Of a stretch of DNA of 64,000 nt, positions 25,221-38,834 are shown in pieces (the stretch's first letter is position 1; every line of letters begins with the position of its first letter). The stretch comes from Octopus bimaculoides (lineage: Eukaryota). A model generated the notes under the pieces. That model saw only the letters and a list, made by a program, of their open reading frames with translations. It was not told where the DNA came from and ran no database searches. A program made the translations under genes and the position numbers. Location of the stretch: assembly GCF_001194135.2 (NCBI RefSeq), contig NC_068981.1:194385784-194449783 (forward strand), in the 5' to 3' direction.

Positions 25221-25854
25221 CATTGTCATCAACTTATTGACAACAATACAAGTCCTTATGTGATCCCTTCTTTATACTGGGATCCCCCCTTCAGGGGATA
25301 AGGTCAAAAGGGTTGACAGAAACTAGATTTAGAGATTAAAGATAAATACCTAGTGAATAGACAAACCTCAAAGTTGAGCTTTTCCCTTAATCTCTAACTG
25401 TTGGTTCGATACTATAACAATGACCTAAATAAACTGGCATAAAGTGGGGCATAGTAAATTGCTTGAACATAGTATGTGAAGTATGGCAGTTAGGACAACA
25501 CCGAAGCTACCATTGTTGCCATGAGGAGAAAACTGCATGTGGTTTGAAGAAAAAATGGCTGTAGACCGGTGGTAACAGCTCTCTGTCAGTTATTTAAATA
25601 AATATTCCATAGAGAAATATTTTCACGTTCAGAGGTCACCATTTTAGTTGTTTTTAAGCCCACTAATTTAATATTATGTTTAGTTATTCTTCACAGAATC
25701 AGTCAGCCATCTTCAAAACCTCTTGACAGACGATTCTTGACAACTCCAGTTAGACTGACAACTCCAGTTTCTGAACAGTGTCTCATGAGTAACTTCTCCA
25801 AATGTGGTGCAGTTTTTCTCTTTATCCCACCCAACAATTTTTAACATCCTTCAT

Positions 25855-25886
<32 letters not shown>

Positions 25887-27599
25887 ATAAATGACCACCA
25901 CCAAATATATTATGCTCAGCAATAAATAGAAACATTGCCAGATCAGTTTGGAGCCTGGTGCAGCCTTCTGGCTCTCCAGACCTCAGTCAAACCATCCAAC
26001 CCATGCCAGCAGGGAAAGTGGACATTAAACAACGACAATGACAACAACAATGATGATGATAATGATGATGATAATGATAGGCACAGGAGAGGCTGTGTGG
26101 TAAGAAGGTTCTGGGTTCAGTCCCACTGTGTGGCACCTTGGGCAAGTATCTTCTATTATAGCCTCGGGCTGATTAAAGCCTTGTGAAAAGATTAAGCCAC
26201 TGACTCTCCAGACCTCAGTCAAATCGTCCAACCCATGCCATCCTGGAAAGCGGACGTTAAATGACGGTGATGATGATGATGACAATGACGACGATGATGA
26301 TGTTTGCGAGTTTGTTTTGGTTATTATTCTCACAGCCAGCAGTGACATCTACAGGCAGACATGGGAGCCTGTCAAGCAGGACTGGCACTGACCACACTTG
26401 AATGATGCCTTTTACATGCTTCCAGCATGGAAGCCAGTCAGGCGACACTGGCATCGACCACACTTGAATGGTGCTTTTTATGTGCCACCAGCATAAGAGC
26501 CAGTCAGACACCACTGAAAGAACAGAAGTGGAAAGCTGCTTGTAAGACTGAAACCATGGATCTGTAACCACAAACCAGAAGAGGCAGAGTTCAAGTGCAA
26601 AAGACAGCTCTCAGCAAGGCTTTGGTCAGCCCAGGGCTATAGTAAAAGATACTATGGTACCCATAGTGCCATGCAGTGGGACTGAACCTGAAATTATGTG
26701 GTTGGGAAGCAAGCTTCTTACCACACAGCTACACCTGTACCTAAACTTAACCTGTAATTCTAACAACTCAAATAACTCTGCACTAATTATTGGCAGGCTA
26801 TTAATTACAATTCAGTAATTATGCACCTGTTCTATTACTATAATACCAAACTGTCTCCAACTCTTATGAATGACTGAGCATTTAAGAATATTTTCAAGAT
26901 CTAATGAACTTTCAATTATTCTAATTAAAATAATTACTTTCAACAGAAGTGTTAAACGATCAAGGTTATTTAATTTCTGTGAAATACAGGGTGCAGCGAA
27001 AAGCTCCTATATTTTATGCTGTCGTTAATGTGATGTTATTAAAGTTTGTTAAATAATAATTATTTCTTTATTGCCCACGGGAGGGGGGGGGGCTAAACAT
27101 AGAAGAAACAAACAAAGGGTTTAAGTCAATTACATCGACCCCAGTACGTAACTGGTACTTATTTAACCAACCGTGAAAGGATGAAAGGCAAAGTCGACCT
27201 CAGCAGAATTTGAACTCAGAACGTAGCGGCAGACGAAATACCGATTTCTTTATTGCCCACCAGGGGCCAACATAGACGGTACAAACACAATATCAGGGAA
27301 CTAAAATTATAAAACGAAGGCATAAAGAAAGAAGCAAAATTAAAAGAAACGAATGAATCATGAAAAGAGGCGGAATGCCCACTCGATCCCCGAAGTTGAG
27401 TGGTTACATTGAAACCGTTTTGCCGTTCAATCATATATATCTAAAATCCAGCAGTTCAATACCATAGTCTTTCTTTTAGTTTGGCATAACAAATCTGTTT
27501 TGGCAATTTCTCTCTATCCCTTCAGACGAAATACCACAAAGCATTTCGCCCGGTGTGCTACCAATTCTGCCTGCTTACCACCCTAAATAATAATAATGT

Positions 27600-27758
27600 C
27601 ATCATGTAGCTAACACTGACAAAAGCATAACGGTCACAATTGAGGCCAATGAAAGAAATTTGGGTAATCTAAGAATTAAAGAAGCTATCCTCATCAACAG
27701 ACAAGGGCCCCAAATTAATAACAGGCAATCAATATATCATTTAGCGAAACCACTTTGA
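27600..27758 (+). mobile_element. Penelope-like element GIY-YIG endonuclease C-terminal fragment
   Basis: Frame reads HHVANTDKSITVTIEANERNLGNLRIKEAILINRQGPQINNR...*, matching the PLE motif E.....R.I.EAI.I....P.LN. Confidence 0.6.
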
Positions 27759-28059
27759 GCATGATCCTGTATATTGAAAAAAGAGAGAGAGAGAGCACTT
27801 TGCTCTCATGTGTTTATTTCCACCCTGCTTGAGGTTACCGTGGTCTTTTTTGTAGGCTTTTCTTTCCATGGATAAACCTAATCTTTCTTTTTACATTTTT
27901 AATATTTCCTGTGATACATGATCCCTTTTGATTGGATTCTTTTTTTTACACGATGCCTTTTGATCCGAATTTTTCCTTCCTTTTTCTTTCTTTCGAAAAA
28001 AGCTCTACATTGTATTTTGTCCTCTCTGTGTTCGGCCCCGTGTGGCTAATAAAGAAAGA

Positions 28060-28097
<38 letters not shown>

Positions 28098-28244
28098 CCT
28101 GCCTTCCTACCTACCTACCTACCTACCTGGTCTGTCTGTCTGTCTGTCTGTCAGTGTGTCTGTCTATCTATCTATCTATCTATCTGTCTGTCTGTCTGTC
28201 TGTCTATCTTTTTATGCATATGTGTGTGTGTATGCGTGTGTGCA

Positions 28245-28287
<43 letters not shown>
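28060..28287. repeat. Compound (ATCT)n/(ACCT)n/(GTCT)n/(TG)n microsatellite
   Basis: Direct reading. Confidence 0.95.
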
Positions 28288-28290
<3 letters not shown>

Positions 28291-28624
28291 GCTTCTTTCA
28301 AACATAGATAGTTGACTCCACAGACATTAGTCATGTCTTGCACTAGACAGATGGAGTTAGTTAATTCTACAGTAATTAGTTATGTCTTGCTTTAAACAGA
28401 TGTAGTAAGTCTACGCCATAGGCATTAGTTATGTCTTACTGCAGGCATAACACAATGGTGAATTAATAAAGTCTTACTACTCATATAAGGACAGTCTATT
28501 AGTCTTCTGCAGTGGATAGATTAGTTATGTCATGCTGTAGACAGTGGTTGCTAATCCATCTCAATAATCTCATTATTAAAATAGGATTTCACTGGCTGTG
28601 GAAGTTATTGAATGATTGCAGCAT

Positions 28625-28659
<35 letters not shown>

Positions 28660-28804
28660 GGNNNNNNNNNNNNTGGTGGTGGTGGTGGTGGTGGTGGTGG
28701 TAGAAGTAGTAGCAGCAGCAGTAATGTTGGTGTTGGTGTTGCAGCTAGTTTATGATACTTCATTCGCACATATGCTGCTACTACTGCTGCTGCTGCTGCT
28801 GCTG

Positions 28805-28839
<35 letters not shown>

Positions 28840-29616
28840 GCTACTGCTGCTGCTGCTGCTACACTATCATCGTTATCAGCAGCAATAGTGGTGGTGGTGG
28901 TGGTGATGAGAGAAAGCAGCAGAACAGAAAAAGTTGATGAGATAAATGTGATTGGGATAAAAAAAAAAGGGAGGAAAACTTATTGGGGAGGAATAAAAAA
29001 AATTTGGAGAGAGAGAGAGAGATTGAAATATACATATGTATGTGTTTGTGTGTATGTGTGTATGCACGCGTGTGAGCATGCACATGCACACACAAACACA
29101 TATATATCTAGTGAGAGAGAGAAAGAGAGAGAAGGAAAGAGAGGGAGAAAGGGAAGCAGAAAGTGAAGTAAGAGAGAGAGAGAGAGAGAGAGAGACTTAG
29201 ATGGTAGTGTTCAGAAGAAGAGAGTGTAGAAGTGGCCTCTCTGAGGTTCAGACAGATGTACTTGATGCCCAACAGATGTCCAACAGATGTCCAACAGATG
29301 GTCCAATTGATGTTTAAATTGAGTTTCTGCTGCTTGATCTATGTGAGAGGCAAAAAATATAACAAAAACCAGAGTGAGTCCCAAATAGTTGAAGTACAGG
29401 GGAGAAAGGATTGGGTTAGACTGGGAGGCTCAAAGTGTTGTACACTCCTCATTAGTTCAGAGAAGGTGGGTGATGTGTTTAATAGATGATGATGGGGGCA
29501 GTAGTAGTGGGAATGGTAGCAGGGATGGAGGTGATGGTGGGGATGGGGCTGTGGCAGCGGAGGTGGTGACAGTAGGATCCACACTACAGTAAAAATGAAG
29601 AAAATGTTGCTGACAA

Positions 29617-29648
<32 letters not shown>

Positions 29649-29877
29649 GGGTCTTTTTAAAATTCTTCCATGCATTTGAAATATTTCAAATTTGCATCAA
29701 GTGTTTTTCAAATTTTTCACATTGACGTAGTTTTATCTGTTGCTGATGAAAACTGTATTAATTTTTCTTTTTTCCCAAAAATTATTAATGAAAAAAAAGA
29801 TACCAGCATTTAATATTATACAATCTTAACCAATTAGAAACCTCAATTGTTTGAAACTTTCAAGGGGCTAATGCAAA

Positions 29878-30313
29878 GATCCTGTGGGATTTTATGATTC
29901 ACTGCGACCATGAGATAGAGAATAGGAAGCCAGACATAGTGTTAATTGAGAAAGAAAACAAACTATGCTGGATCATAGATATAGCATGTCCAGCTGACAA
30001 CAAGGAAGAAAGAAAAGTCGATAGATATGACAGGTTAGCTTGGGAGGTTAAGCAGTTGTGGTCGATGAAAAAGGTGGTAGTAGTACCAATAATTGTTGGA
30101 GCCCTGGGAACAGTGATTAAAAATTTTGAGAAGTACATGGAACAAATAGGGGCTGCAATAAGGGCGGAGCACTTGCAGAAAACAGCTCTGCTTGGAGCCG
30201 CTCGAATACTCCGGAAGGTGCTCGAAAAATAAGGAGTGTTACCTTAGTTCACTGGTAGTGAACAGCTGACACTGTAGTACATCTCCAGCGTTAGAAACTG
30301 TGCAAAGACAATA

Positions 30314-30387
<74 letters not shown>

Positions 30388-30400
30388 TAATAATGAAAAG
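29878..30400 (+). mobile_element. R4/Dong-clade LINE 3' end (restriction-like endonuclease) with (TAA)n
   Basis: ILWDF...RKPDIVLIEKENKLCWIIDIACP...K.DRY..L...VPIIVGALG...LQKTALLGAARILRKVL is the PD..D REL domain; followed by a long (TAA)n. Confidence 0.9.
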
Positions 30401-31389
30401 AGTAATAGTAATAACAATGTTTTCAAATTTTGCCATAAGGGAAGCCAGTTTGGGGCAGGGGACAAGTCGATTATATCGACCGCAGTATGCAACTGGTACT
30501 TAATTTATCGAACGTGAAAGGATGAAAGGCAAGGTCAACTTTGGCAGAATTTGAACTCAGAGCATAGCGACAGACGAAATACTGTTAATAATAATAATAA
30601 TAATAATAATAATGATAATAACAACAACATCAATGATAATAATAATAATGGTTTCAAATTTTGGCATAAGACCAAAAATTTTATTGACCCCGAAAGAATG
30701 AAAGGTAAAGTCAAGCACAGTGGAATTTGAACTCGGTACACCTGTCCAGCATGTTAACAGTTCTTCTTCTTCTTCTTCTTCTTCTGAAGAATCGGAAGAA
30801 GAAGGGATGTTCATGACTGGATTGTCTTTAAAGTCTGTTTGGTCATGACTGACATGAGACTTAACAACAACTTAAATCTGTAACAATCTTTAACCGTCAA
30901 TCAGTCCAGAAGCAAATTACATTGGAAGGAGCACAGAGTTGTCTCCCTTTACGTTCTCTCTCTCTCTCTCTCTAATTAATTTTCATAAGATTTTGAGAAC
31001 GTTTTCTGCATTTTGTTGTATTTGAGAGGAGGTTGGAAGTGATGTGGCGGCGTTACATTGTAGCAAGGATATTAGTTATGATAACTAGCTATAAACAGAG
31101 TCATGAGCGATAGCTGTGGTTTGGGTGTAATAACAATAATCCTGTCAACTATAGACACGAAGTACGAAATTTTGAGGGAGGAGCAAGTCGATTACACCCA
31201 CCCCCAGGGCAAAACAGGTACTTATTTTATCAACCTCAAATAACGAGAGGCAAGGTCGACCCCTGCAGAATTTGTGTAACAATAATGATAATTATTATTA
31301 TTTTTATTATTGCCAAAAATTATGCCAGAAACATAATTTCGATAAAAAAAAAACTTGCACGCAGTCGTAGTAGTTTGGTATGGCGCTGG

Positions 31390-32548
31390 AATTGTGAAGT
31401 GGACAGAGGGGGAGGTAAAGGAGATGGACAAGAAGTCAAGAAAGTTCCTAACGATGTTTGGAGCCCATTATCCTTGGGTTGAGACTGATCGCCTATAGAT
31501 GAAGAGAGCAAATGGAGGAGGGGACGGATAAGTGTGGAAGACTGCGTGCGTATTGAACTTGAGAGCTTAATGAGATATCTAGCTCTAAGTAAGGGAACTT
31601 TGCTAGTGACGGTGAGGAACGAAGGTGTATTGAGAGCAAAGAAAAAAGGGAAAACAAAGGAAGAAGTACAAAAAGGACAGGAAGAAGAATTATGCAAGAA
31701 GGGACAACACAATCAATTCCATGTGGCCACAACAGAAGTTGCTGGAAAAAATAGGAGGGATTGGCTGAGAAAAGGTAAGAAAAAGAGACCCAGAGCACTA
31801 TACTGGCAGAGCAAGGCCAAGCTTTGGCCACAAACTGGAGGGTCAACTTTAGGATTGTGCAGGTGTTTCTGCTGTGCTGCATCTGCAAGAAAGAGGCTGA
31901 AACCGTTGCTCATATCATGAACAAATGCCCTAGACTTGCCCAAAACCACTACAAGTTGTGGTAACACGACCAGGTAGTGAAAGTGTTACATTGGAAATTG
32001 TGTGAAAAGTGGGGGGCTAGAGAAAGGCAAGACGTGGTATGAACACAAGCCACAGAGAGTGGCAGAGTCGGAGACTAGCAAAAATAATCTGGGATTTCCC
32101 AATCTAAACAGATCAGGTGCTAGAGCATAACAGACGGGACCTAGTGGTGGTGAGACAAGGTGCACCACATGTGCTATAGAGTTGATGTTGCAAGCCCCTT
32201 TGGCCCATGAAGGAAGACACAAAAATAAATACAACCCCCTTAAGTATGAAATAGCCCGGCTATGGAAAATGAAGAAGGTGATGATAGTGCCAATTATTGT
32301 TGGGTCCTTGGGAACAATATCAGAAGGCATTAAGAGGAATATAAAGGAAATTGGAATAGAGTTCCCAGCAGAACTGTTATAAAAGGTTTGCCTCCTTGGC
32401 ACGGCCAGAATAATCAGAAAAGTATTAGCTGAAAATAATGAATAGCAGGTACCGTAGGCTGCAGGTGGTAAGCCCGCTACACATGCAATACACCAGGATC
32501 GCAAACAAAACCTGTGATAAAGAGAAGTAATAATAATAATAATAATGA
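31390..32548 (+). mobile_element. Longer degenerate R4/Dong LINE fragment (CCHC region plus REL) ending in (TAA)n
   Basis: CR-C...ET.AHI...CP.LAQNHYKLW.HDQV.KVLHWKLCEKW; KYNPLKYEIARLWKMKKVMIVPIIVGSLG; LGTARIIRKVL; frameshifted. Confidence 0.85.
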
Positions 32549-33079
32549 TGATTTCATTTATTTGCCACAAGGGTGCAGAATGAGGGGGACAATACAAAGA
32601 CAGACATAAAGTGTAGGGGTTTACATATAATGAAATGATAGAATAAAATAAAAAAAAGAAAAGAAAGTAGGTATACACGATATACTTACAAAACCATGCT
32701 TGCCCTGACCCCTGGGGCAAGTGCCCTTTCCACATCGTTCCCCTTCAACCTACAGATGCATTCTTACAAGAGAGAGAAGGAGAGAGAGAGGGAGTGAGAG
32801 AGAGAGAGAGAGGAAGAGAGAGAGAGATGCTCACATAAACAGAGAAAGAGATGGGTAAGACTGGAGAGGAACGGAGGAGGGGGAAAGGAGAGTGAGGAGG
32901 TGGTGGAAGAAAGGGAGAGAGAATGAGGGAGACAGTGAGAGAGGGGAAGATAGAAAGTGAGAGGGAAGGGGAGAGTGTGTGAGAGAGGGGGAGAGAAGAA
33001 ATGAGAGAGAGAAGGAAACATTAAAACAAGAGATAAATTAAAATGTCTGATATCAAATATGACAGCATCGAATGAGTGG

Positions 33080-33395
33080 CGCGAAATGGTTGGCGTCAAA
33101 CGAGCGGCGCCAAACGAGTGGCGCTAAATGAGCAGCACCAAATGAGCAGCGCGAAATGAACACCGGCAAATGAGCGGCGCCAAATGAGTGGCACCAAATG
33201 AGTGACGCCAAATGAGCAGTGCTAAATGAGCGGTGCCAAATTAGTGGCACTAAATGAGTGACGCCAAATGAGCAGTGCCAAATGAGTGGTGCCAAATGAG
33301 CGGTGCCAAATGAGCGGTGCCAAATTAGTGGCGCCAAATGAGCGGTGCCAAATTAGTGGCGCCAAATGAGTGACGCCAAATGAGTGACGCCAAAA
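33080..33395. repeat. 14-bp minisatellite (ggcgccaaatgagc)n
   Basis: About 20 diverged copies. Confidence 0.95.
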
Positions 33396-33680
33396 CAGCT
33401 GAGCCAAAATGTGTCTTCCCCACTTGGCTGTGTATTTAAGAAGTCTGTCAGAGCAACTAAATAGATGGAAACTGTACTGAAACCTATCAGTGGATAAATT
33501 TAATAGGACACTTAATCTGTTGTTTGGATCAGCAACAGTGTAAATGTTTGGTGTGTTTTGTAGGGCCTTGTCTGTGGTGGAACATTAAGGTCTCCAGTCT
33601 GAAGATGAGCTTCTCTTGAGAGACCTTGAGAAAGGACTTAAATATCACTGTAGTACTTCATCTGACTAAAAGCTATCAGG

Positions 33681-33773
33681 GAAGAAGAAGAAGAAGAAGA
33701 AGAAGAAGAAGAAGAAGAAGAAGAAGAAGAAGAAGAAGAAGAAGAGGAGGAAGAGGAAGAAGAAGAAGAAGAA

Positions 33774-33856
<83 letters not shown>

Positions 33857-33905
33857 AGAGGAAGAAGAAGAGGAAGAGGAAGAAGAAGAGGAAGAGGAAG
33901 AAGAG
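33681..33905 (+). repeat. Long (GAA)n/(GAG) purine tract
   Basis: Direct reading. Confidence 0.95.
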
Positions 33906-34080
33906 AAACTGCGTTGAAGTAGTCTTCATGAATGGTTCAATGGCTTGATGGATTATAAGAGCCAGTACCAACACCACCGCTGCCACTGCCACAGCTACCA
34001 CCAGCACCACCAGCACCACCAGCACCACCAGCACCACCAGCACCACCACCAGCACCACCAGCACCAGCACCAGCACCACC

Positions 34081-34120
<40 letters not shown>

Positions 34121-34659
34121 GAACTGTCATCATCATTACCAATATTACCATAGCTACCACTCTCCACTTCCCCCGCCGCCGCGACCACCACCACCACCAC
34201 CACAACAACAACAGCAACAACACTACCACCACTACCGCCACCACCATTACAACCACCCTCACCACAAAACCATTATTATTCTAGTCTACCCCCACTGCTG
34301 CAATTTAATCAATCTCACTCAATTCTATTCTTAACATCTCTCATGTTACATAATACAAATCATATTTTTAGACTCAACATTAACATTAACATGTTGTTGA
34401 TGTTGATGTTGTTATGTGGTGATGGGCGAGGGGAGATGAGGTGTAATAAACACAGAGATTTACTTGTGTAAATAATGTCGATAACAATAATTTCTAGAAT
34501 AATGTTGTAATGTCAGTTGTGTGTTCAGCTTCTGAAAAATACAAGGTGAGCTTCTTTAAAAGCAGTCACTGAAATCCTAGAAGAATAACCGGTATTTCAG
34601 AAAGACAGAAAGTTGGAAAGTATTGTGTTGAGGTGAGAGATATTTTAGCTGTTATTTCT

Positions 34660-34892
34660 TATTTCTTTATTGCCCACAAGGGGCTAAACGTAGAGGGGAC
34701 AAACAAGGACAAACAAAGGGATTAAGTCGATTATATCGACCCCTGAGTGTCACTGGTACTTAATTTATCAACTCTGAAAGGATGAAAGGCAGAGTCGACC
34801 TCAGCAGAATTTGAACTCAGAACATAAAGACAGACGAAATATCGCTAAGCATTTTGCCTGGTGTGCTAATGTTTCTGCCAGCTCGCCGCCTT
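34660..34892 (-). mobile_element. SINE family A insertion with 17-bp target-site duplication
   Basis: ttttagctgttatttct at 34643-34659 and again at 34891-34907. Confidence 0.9.
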
Positions 34893-35182
34893 TTAGCTGT
34901 TATTTCTAACAGGGTAAGCAACCACATAGAGATTTCCTTGTTGGATGAAAACTACATCTTAAATATGGGATATATTTGAGTGATATAACGTGAAGCTGAC
35001 CAGAAGTAGAGAGAGCATGTCATTGAAGAGGTCAGGAATGGTGGTGAAAGGATTTTGGCAAACGCAATTGGTTGGCATTTTAAAGTTTATCTCTATATAA
35101 TTTGGAGCCTGCACCGAAAGTTATAACATTTCGTATGTGAATACATCTATGTAAACAATGTGACTAAAGATAGAAAAATAGG

Positions 35183-35238
35183 TCGTGGGTGTATATGCAT
35201 ATTTCAAGGGTTATTGCCCTTTCATCAGAACCACATCC
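35183..35238 (-). ncRNA. Minimal type I hammerhead motif with intact catalytic core
   Basis: gtggtt-CTGATGA-aaggg-caataa-ccctt-GAAA with palindromic stem III atatgcatat, H17=A, then cacccac; stem I imperfect. Confidence 0.6.
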
Positions 35239-36279
35239 AACACATCAATTATCCATGAGCACATTGCTTAAATAGTCACTAAGTTTAGTGGTGTAACACT
35301 ATTAGCAAGATCAATTTACATATTAAACACATTCCTGGCAGCTGGCCTATAAATATTAATTGCTATAAATATTAATTGCTAGCCAGGACATAGTATTTTG
35401 TTTTGTAACCATAATATACTTCACTACACTGTGCCAGTTGCATACTGGGGTCGAACTAATCGACTGGCCCCCTCCCTCAAAATTCCAGGCCTTGTGCCTA
35501 GAGTAGAAAAGAATGTATAAGGTAACGAGCTGGCAGAATCATTAGCACGCTGGACGAAATGCTTAGCAGTATTTCACCCATCGCTACGTTCTGAGTTCAA
35601 ATTCTGCCAAGATCGACTTTGCCTTTCATCTTTTCAGGGTCAATAAATTAAGTACCATTTGCATACTGAGGTCGATCTAATTGACTGGCCCCACCTCCTT
35701 AAAAGTTTTGGGCCTTGTGCCTAGATTGAAAAGAATATTACACTATTTTCTTTAGTCAATGTACAGTTTTTGTTTATAAGCTTAAAGCTTATAAAATATT
35801 ATTATTATTCTTCACAGAATTGTAAAACTTGGCACCATTTACCAAAACATCGCGAATTATAAATAATATTGAAACAAAGGCTTTTGTATTTGAGCAGGAC
35901 CTGTAAATGTATAAATCTCACATTTTAACAGGACTGTTCATGTTTCAATATGACCCTTCATTTTTCAATAGAATCCTTTCATAGTTGTTCATGACCTTTC
36001 ACATGTGAACAGACCATTTATATTTGTAGATGCACACAGAGGACAGTTAACAAAGGGTGGTGAATTAAGTTTGTAGCCAGAAAATGTGGTGGTAGTGGTG
36101 GTGGTGGTGAGAGTACATACATGTCGGAGGGAGGTATATTCGTCACAAATATGTTCTCAGTGAAATAAAAAGAAAATTAATAATTCATAAAAAAACAAAG
36201 ACAAAAATGTCGAAAGAGGCAAAAGAAAATATGACGAATATAATTAAAAAATAATTGTAATTTGAACTGCTGTAATGCG

Positions 36280-37090
36280 CAGGAGTGGCTGTGTGGTAAG
36301 CAGCTTGCTTACCAACCACATGGTTCCGGGTTCATTCCCACTGCATGGCACCTTGGGCAAGTGTCTTCTACTATAGCCTTGGGCCAACCAAAGCCTTGTG
36401 AGTAAATTTGGTAGACAGAAACTGAAAGAAGCTCATCGTGTGGATATGTGTTATTTCTTTACTACCCACAAGGGGCTACACACAGAGGGGACAAACAAAG
36501 ACAGACAAACGGATTAAGTCGATTATACCGACCCCAGTGCGTAACTGGTACTTATTTTATCGACCCCGAAAGGATGAAAGGCAAAGTCGACCTCGGCGGA
36601 ATTTGAACTCAGAACGTAGTGGCAGACGAAATACCGCTAAGCATTTCACCCGCGNNNNNNNNNNNNNNNNNNNNNNNNNNNNNNNNNNNNNNNNNNNNNN
36701 NNNNNNNNNNNNNNNNNNNNNNNNNNNNNNNNNNNNNNNNNNNNNNNNNNNNNNNNNNNNNNNNNNNNNNNNNNNNNNNNNNNNNNNNNNNNNNNNNNNN
36801 NNNNNNNNNNNNNNNNNNNNNNNNNNNNNNNNNNNNNNNNNNNNNGTGGATATGTGTGTGTGTGTGTGTATGTGTGTGTGTGTGTGTATGTTTGTGTGTC
36901 TGTGTTTGTCCCCCTAACATCGCTTGACAACCGATGGTGGTGTGTCCCCGTAACTTAGCAGTTCGGCAAAAGAGACTGATAGAATAAGTACTAGGCTTAC
37001 AAAGAATAAGTCCTGGGCTTGATTTGCTCGACTAAAGGCGGTGCTCCAGCATGGCCACAGTCAAATGACTGAAACAAGTAAAAGAGTAAA
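36280..37090 (+). mobile_element. SINE family B with an antisense SINE family A (36450-36654) nested at its internal microsatellite
   Basis: B head 36280-36440, A copy in reverse, gap, then (TG)n and B tail. Confidence 0.8.
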
Positions 37091-38435
37091 CAGTAAAGAG
37101 TAATGCTGTTATTCAAAGTGGAGGGTGTATGGTCAAACGCTTAAGGTGTTGCACACGTGATTGCAAGATGGTGGTTTCAATTCCTGGAACAGGTGGTGCA
37201 TTATGTTCTTGATCAAAAAAATGTATCCCATGCTGCTTCAGTCCACTCAGGTATAAATGAGTAACTCTGCAGAGGACTGGCGTCCCATCCAGGGGGAATG
37301 CTATGAACTCAGTCAGTCACTTATACAGCTTGAAAAGTGGGTGATTGGCTCAGTGAGTCCTGGGGCTCAAAACAGCAGAGTCTTGGGGATCCTGATGTTG
37401 ATGTGGACGACAACGACGACAACAATGATGATGATAATGACGGTAATGATAATGATGATGATGTTGATGACGATGGTGATGGTGATGATGATGATGATGT
37501 TCAAAGAGTCAAAAATACTGATCTAAATATGGAAACTGTTTTGTCCCAGAAATAATGGTTTCAAATTTTAGCACAAGGCCAGCAGTTTTAAGGAGATTGC
37601 GAGGGGTGGTGATAGTGGTGGTGGTGGTGGTAGTGTATTACATCGACCCCAGTATCTGACTGGTACTTTGCTTTATTGACCCTGAATGTATGAGAAGCAA
37701 AGTTAATTGTGACAGGATGTGAACTCAGAAATGCAGAAGGTCAGACAAAATGCTACTGAACAGGTTTTCCGGTGTGTTAACGATTCTGCCATCTTACCAC
37801 GTTTAGCATCCAAGAAATAATGCAGAAGAAAATTGGAAAGGAAATTCCAATGTGTGCACTGCTTCAATAATTAGTTGTTGAAGTTAATGTAAGAAAAAAG
37901 ATCAGCAGTGGTGAATCGTTATTGACTGCCAGCAAAGATATAAATTTGAAGAGTTTATTGGAATAATGGTGGATAGGACATATAGCAACTGTTAGTGCAA
38001 TACTTTTCAATCAGAAACACACAGTGCAAGAATTTCGGGGTGCAGGAAACTGCAGTTCAAGCGTAAACATCAGAATTGAAGCAAATGGTATTTGAAACTG
38101 AAAGTTGCTTCAAATTTATTGTAATTACCGTTTCCCTTGAAGGTGTTCTGTAGATTCTTGATATACCAAATAAACTGTTACAACATCATGATTGCAATTT
38201 ATCTTAAGGATTCTGTCTTATGAATGCTGTATTAAATATTTAGAAAGAAATGCAAATAATTGAAGGAAAATTAAAGAGTTTTATCTGTCAGGCTAAGACA
38301 GTCAATTGATAAAGACGGTTGTTCTATTCTTCAACAGTTCCAGAACATCATATACAAACCATCAGTATTAATGTCAATGCCAGGGCAGTTATTAATCATA
38401 TATACAATTGTATTTTTCATAACTACATTGGTTAA

Positions 38436-38638
38436 TACAGTTCTATATTTAAAAGATGAGGAATTCCGTACATTATTTACAATGTTTACATTTCACGGCT
38501 ACTTGTCCTCATCTTGTTTGTTGTTAACACGTTTCAGCTGATATACCCTTCAGCCTTCTTCAGGAGTCTTGGGGAAATTTCAAACCTGGGTTCTCATTCC
38601 TAAGGTATTTTGCGATGTTATTATTATTATTATTATTA

Positions 38639-38689
<51 letters not shown>

Positions 38690-38787
38690 GTGTTCAGGTC
38701 ACTGCTTGGAATTGAACTTGGATTGAACTCTTAACCACTACACCATATGCCCATGGGCAATTATTGAGTGAATTTTAGGGCTTATAA
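38436..38787 (-). mobile_element. tRNA-headed, hammerhead-bearing retroelement (copy 1, left arm of an inverted pair)
   Basis: Partial tRNA-like head, (AAT)n, HHR motif 38526-38568 (ctgaaga core, 3-nt deletion at the cleavage site). Confidence 0.75.
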
Positions 38788-38834
38788 NNNNNNNNNNNNN
38801 NNNNNNTAAAAAAAAAGATTTAAAAAAAAAAAGA

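Noticed and set aside
28320-28540. CRISPR-like repeat-spacer appearance (also 54869-54995)
   Set aside because: Linkers resemble each other, repeats are short and degenerate, there are no cas genes, and the context is eukaryotic
29745-29765. ctgatga at about 29746
   Set aside because: No stem II or downstream GAAA geometry; not a hammerhead
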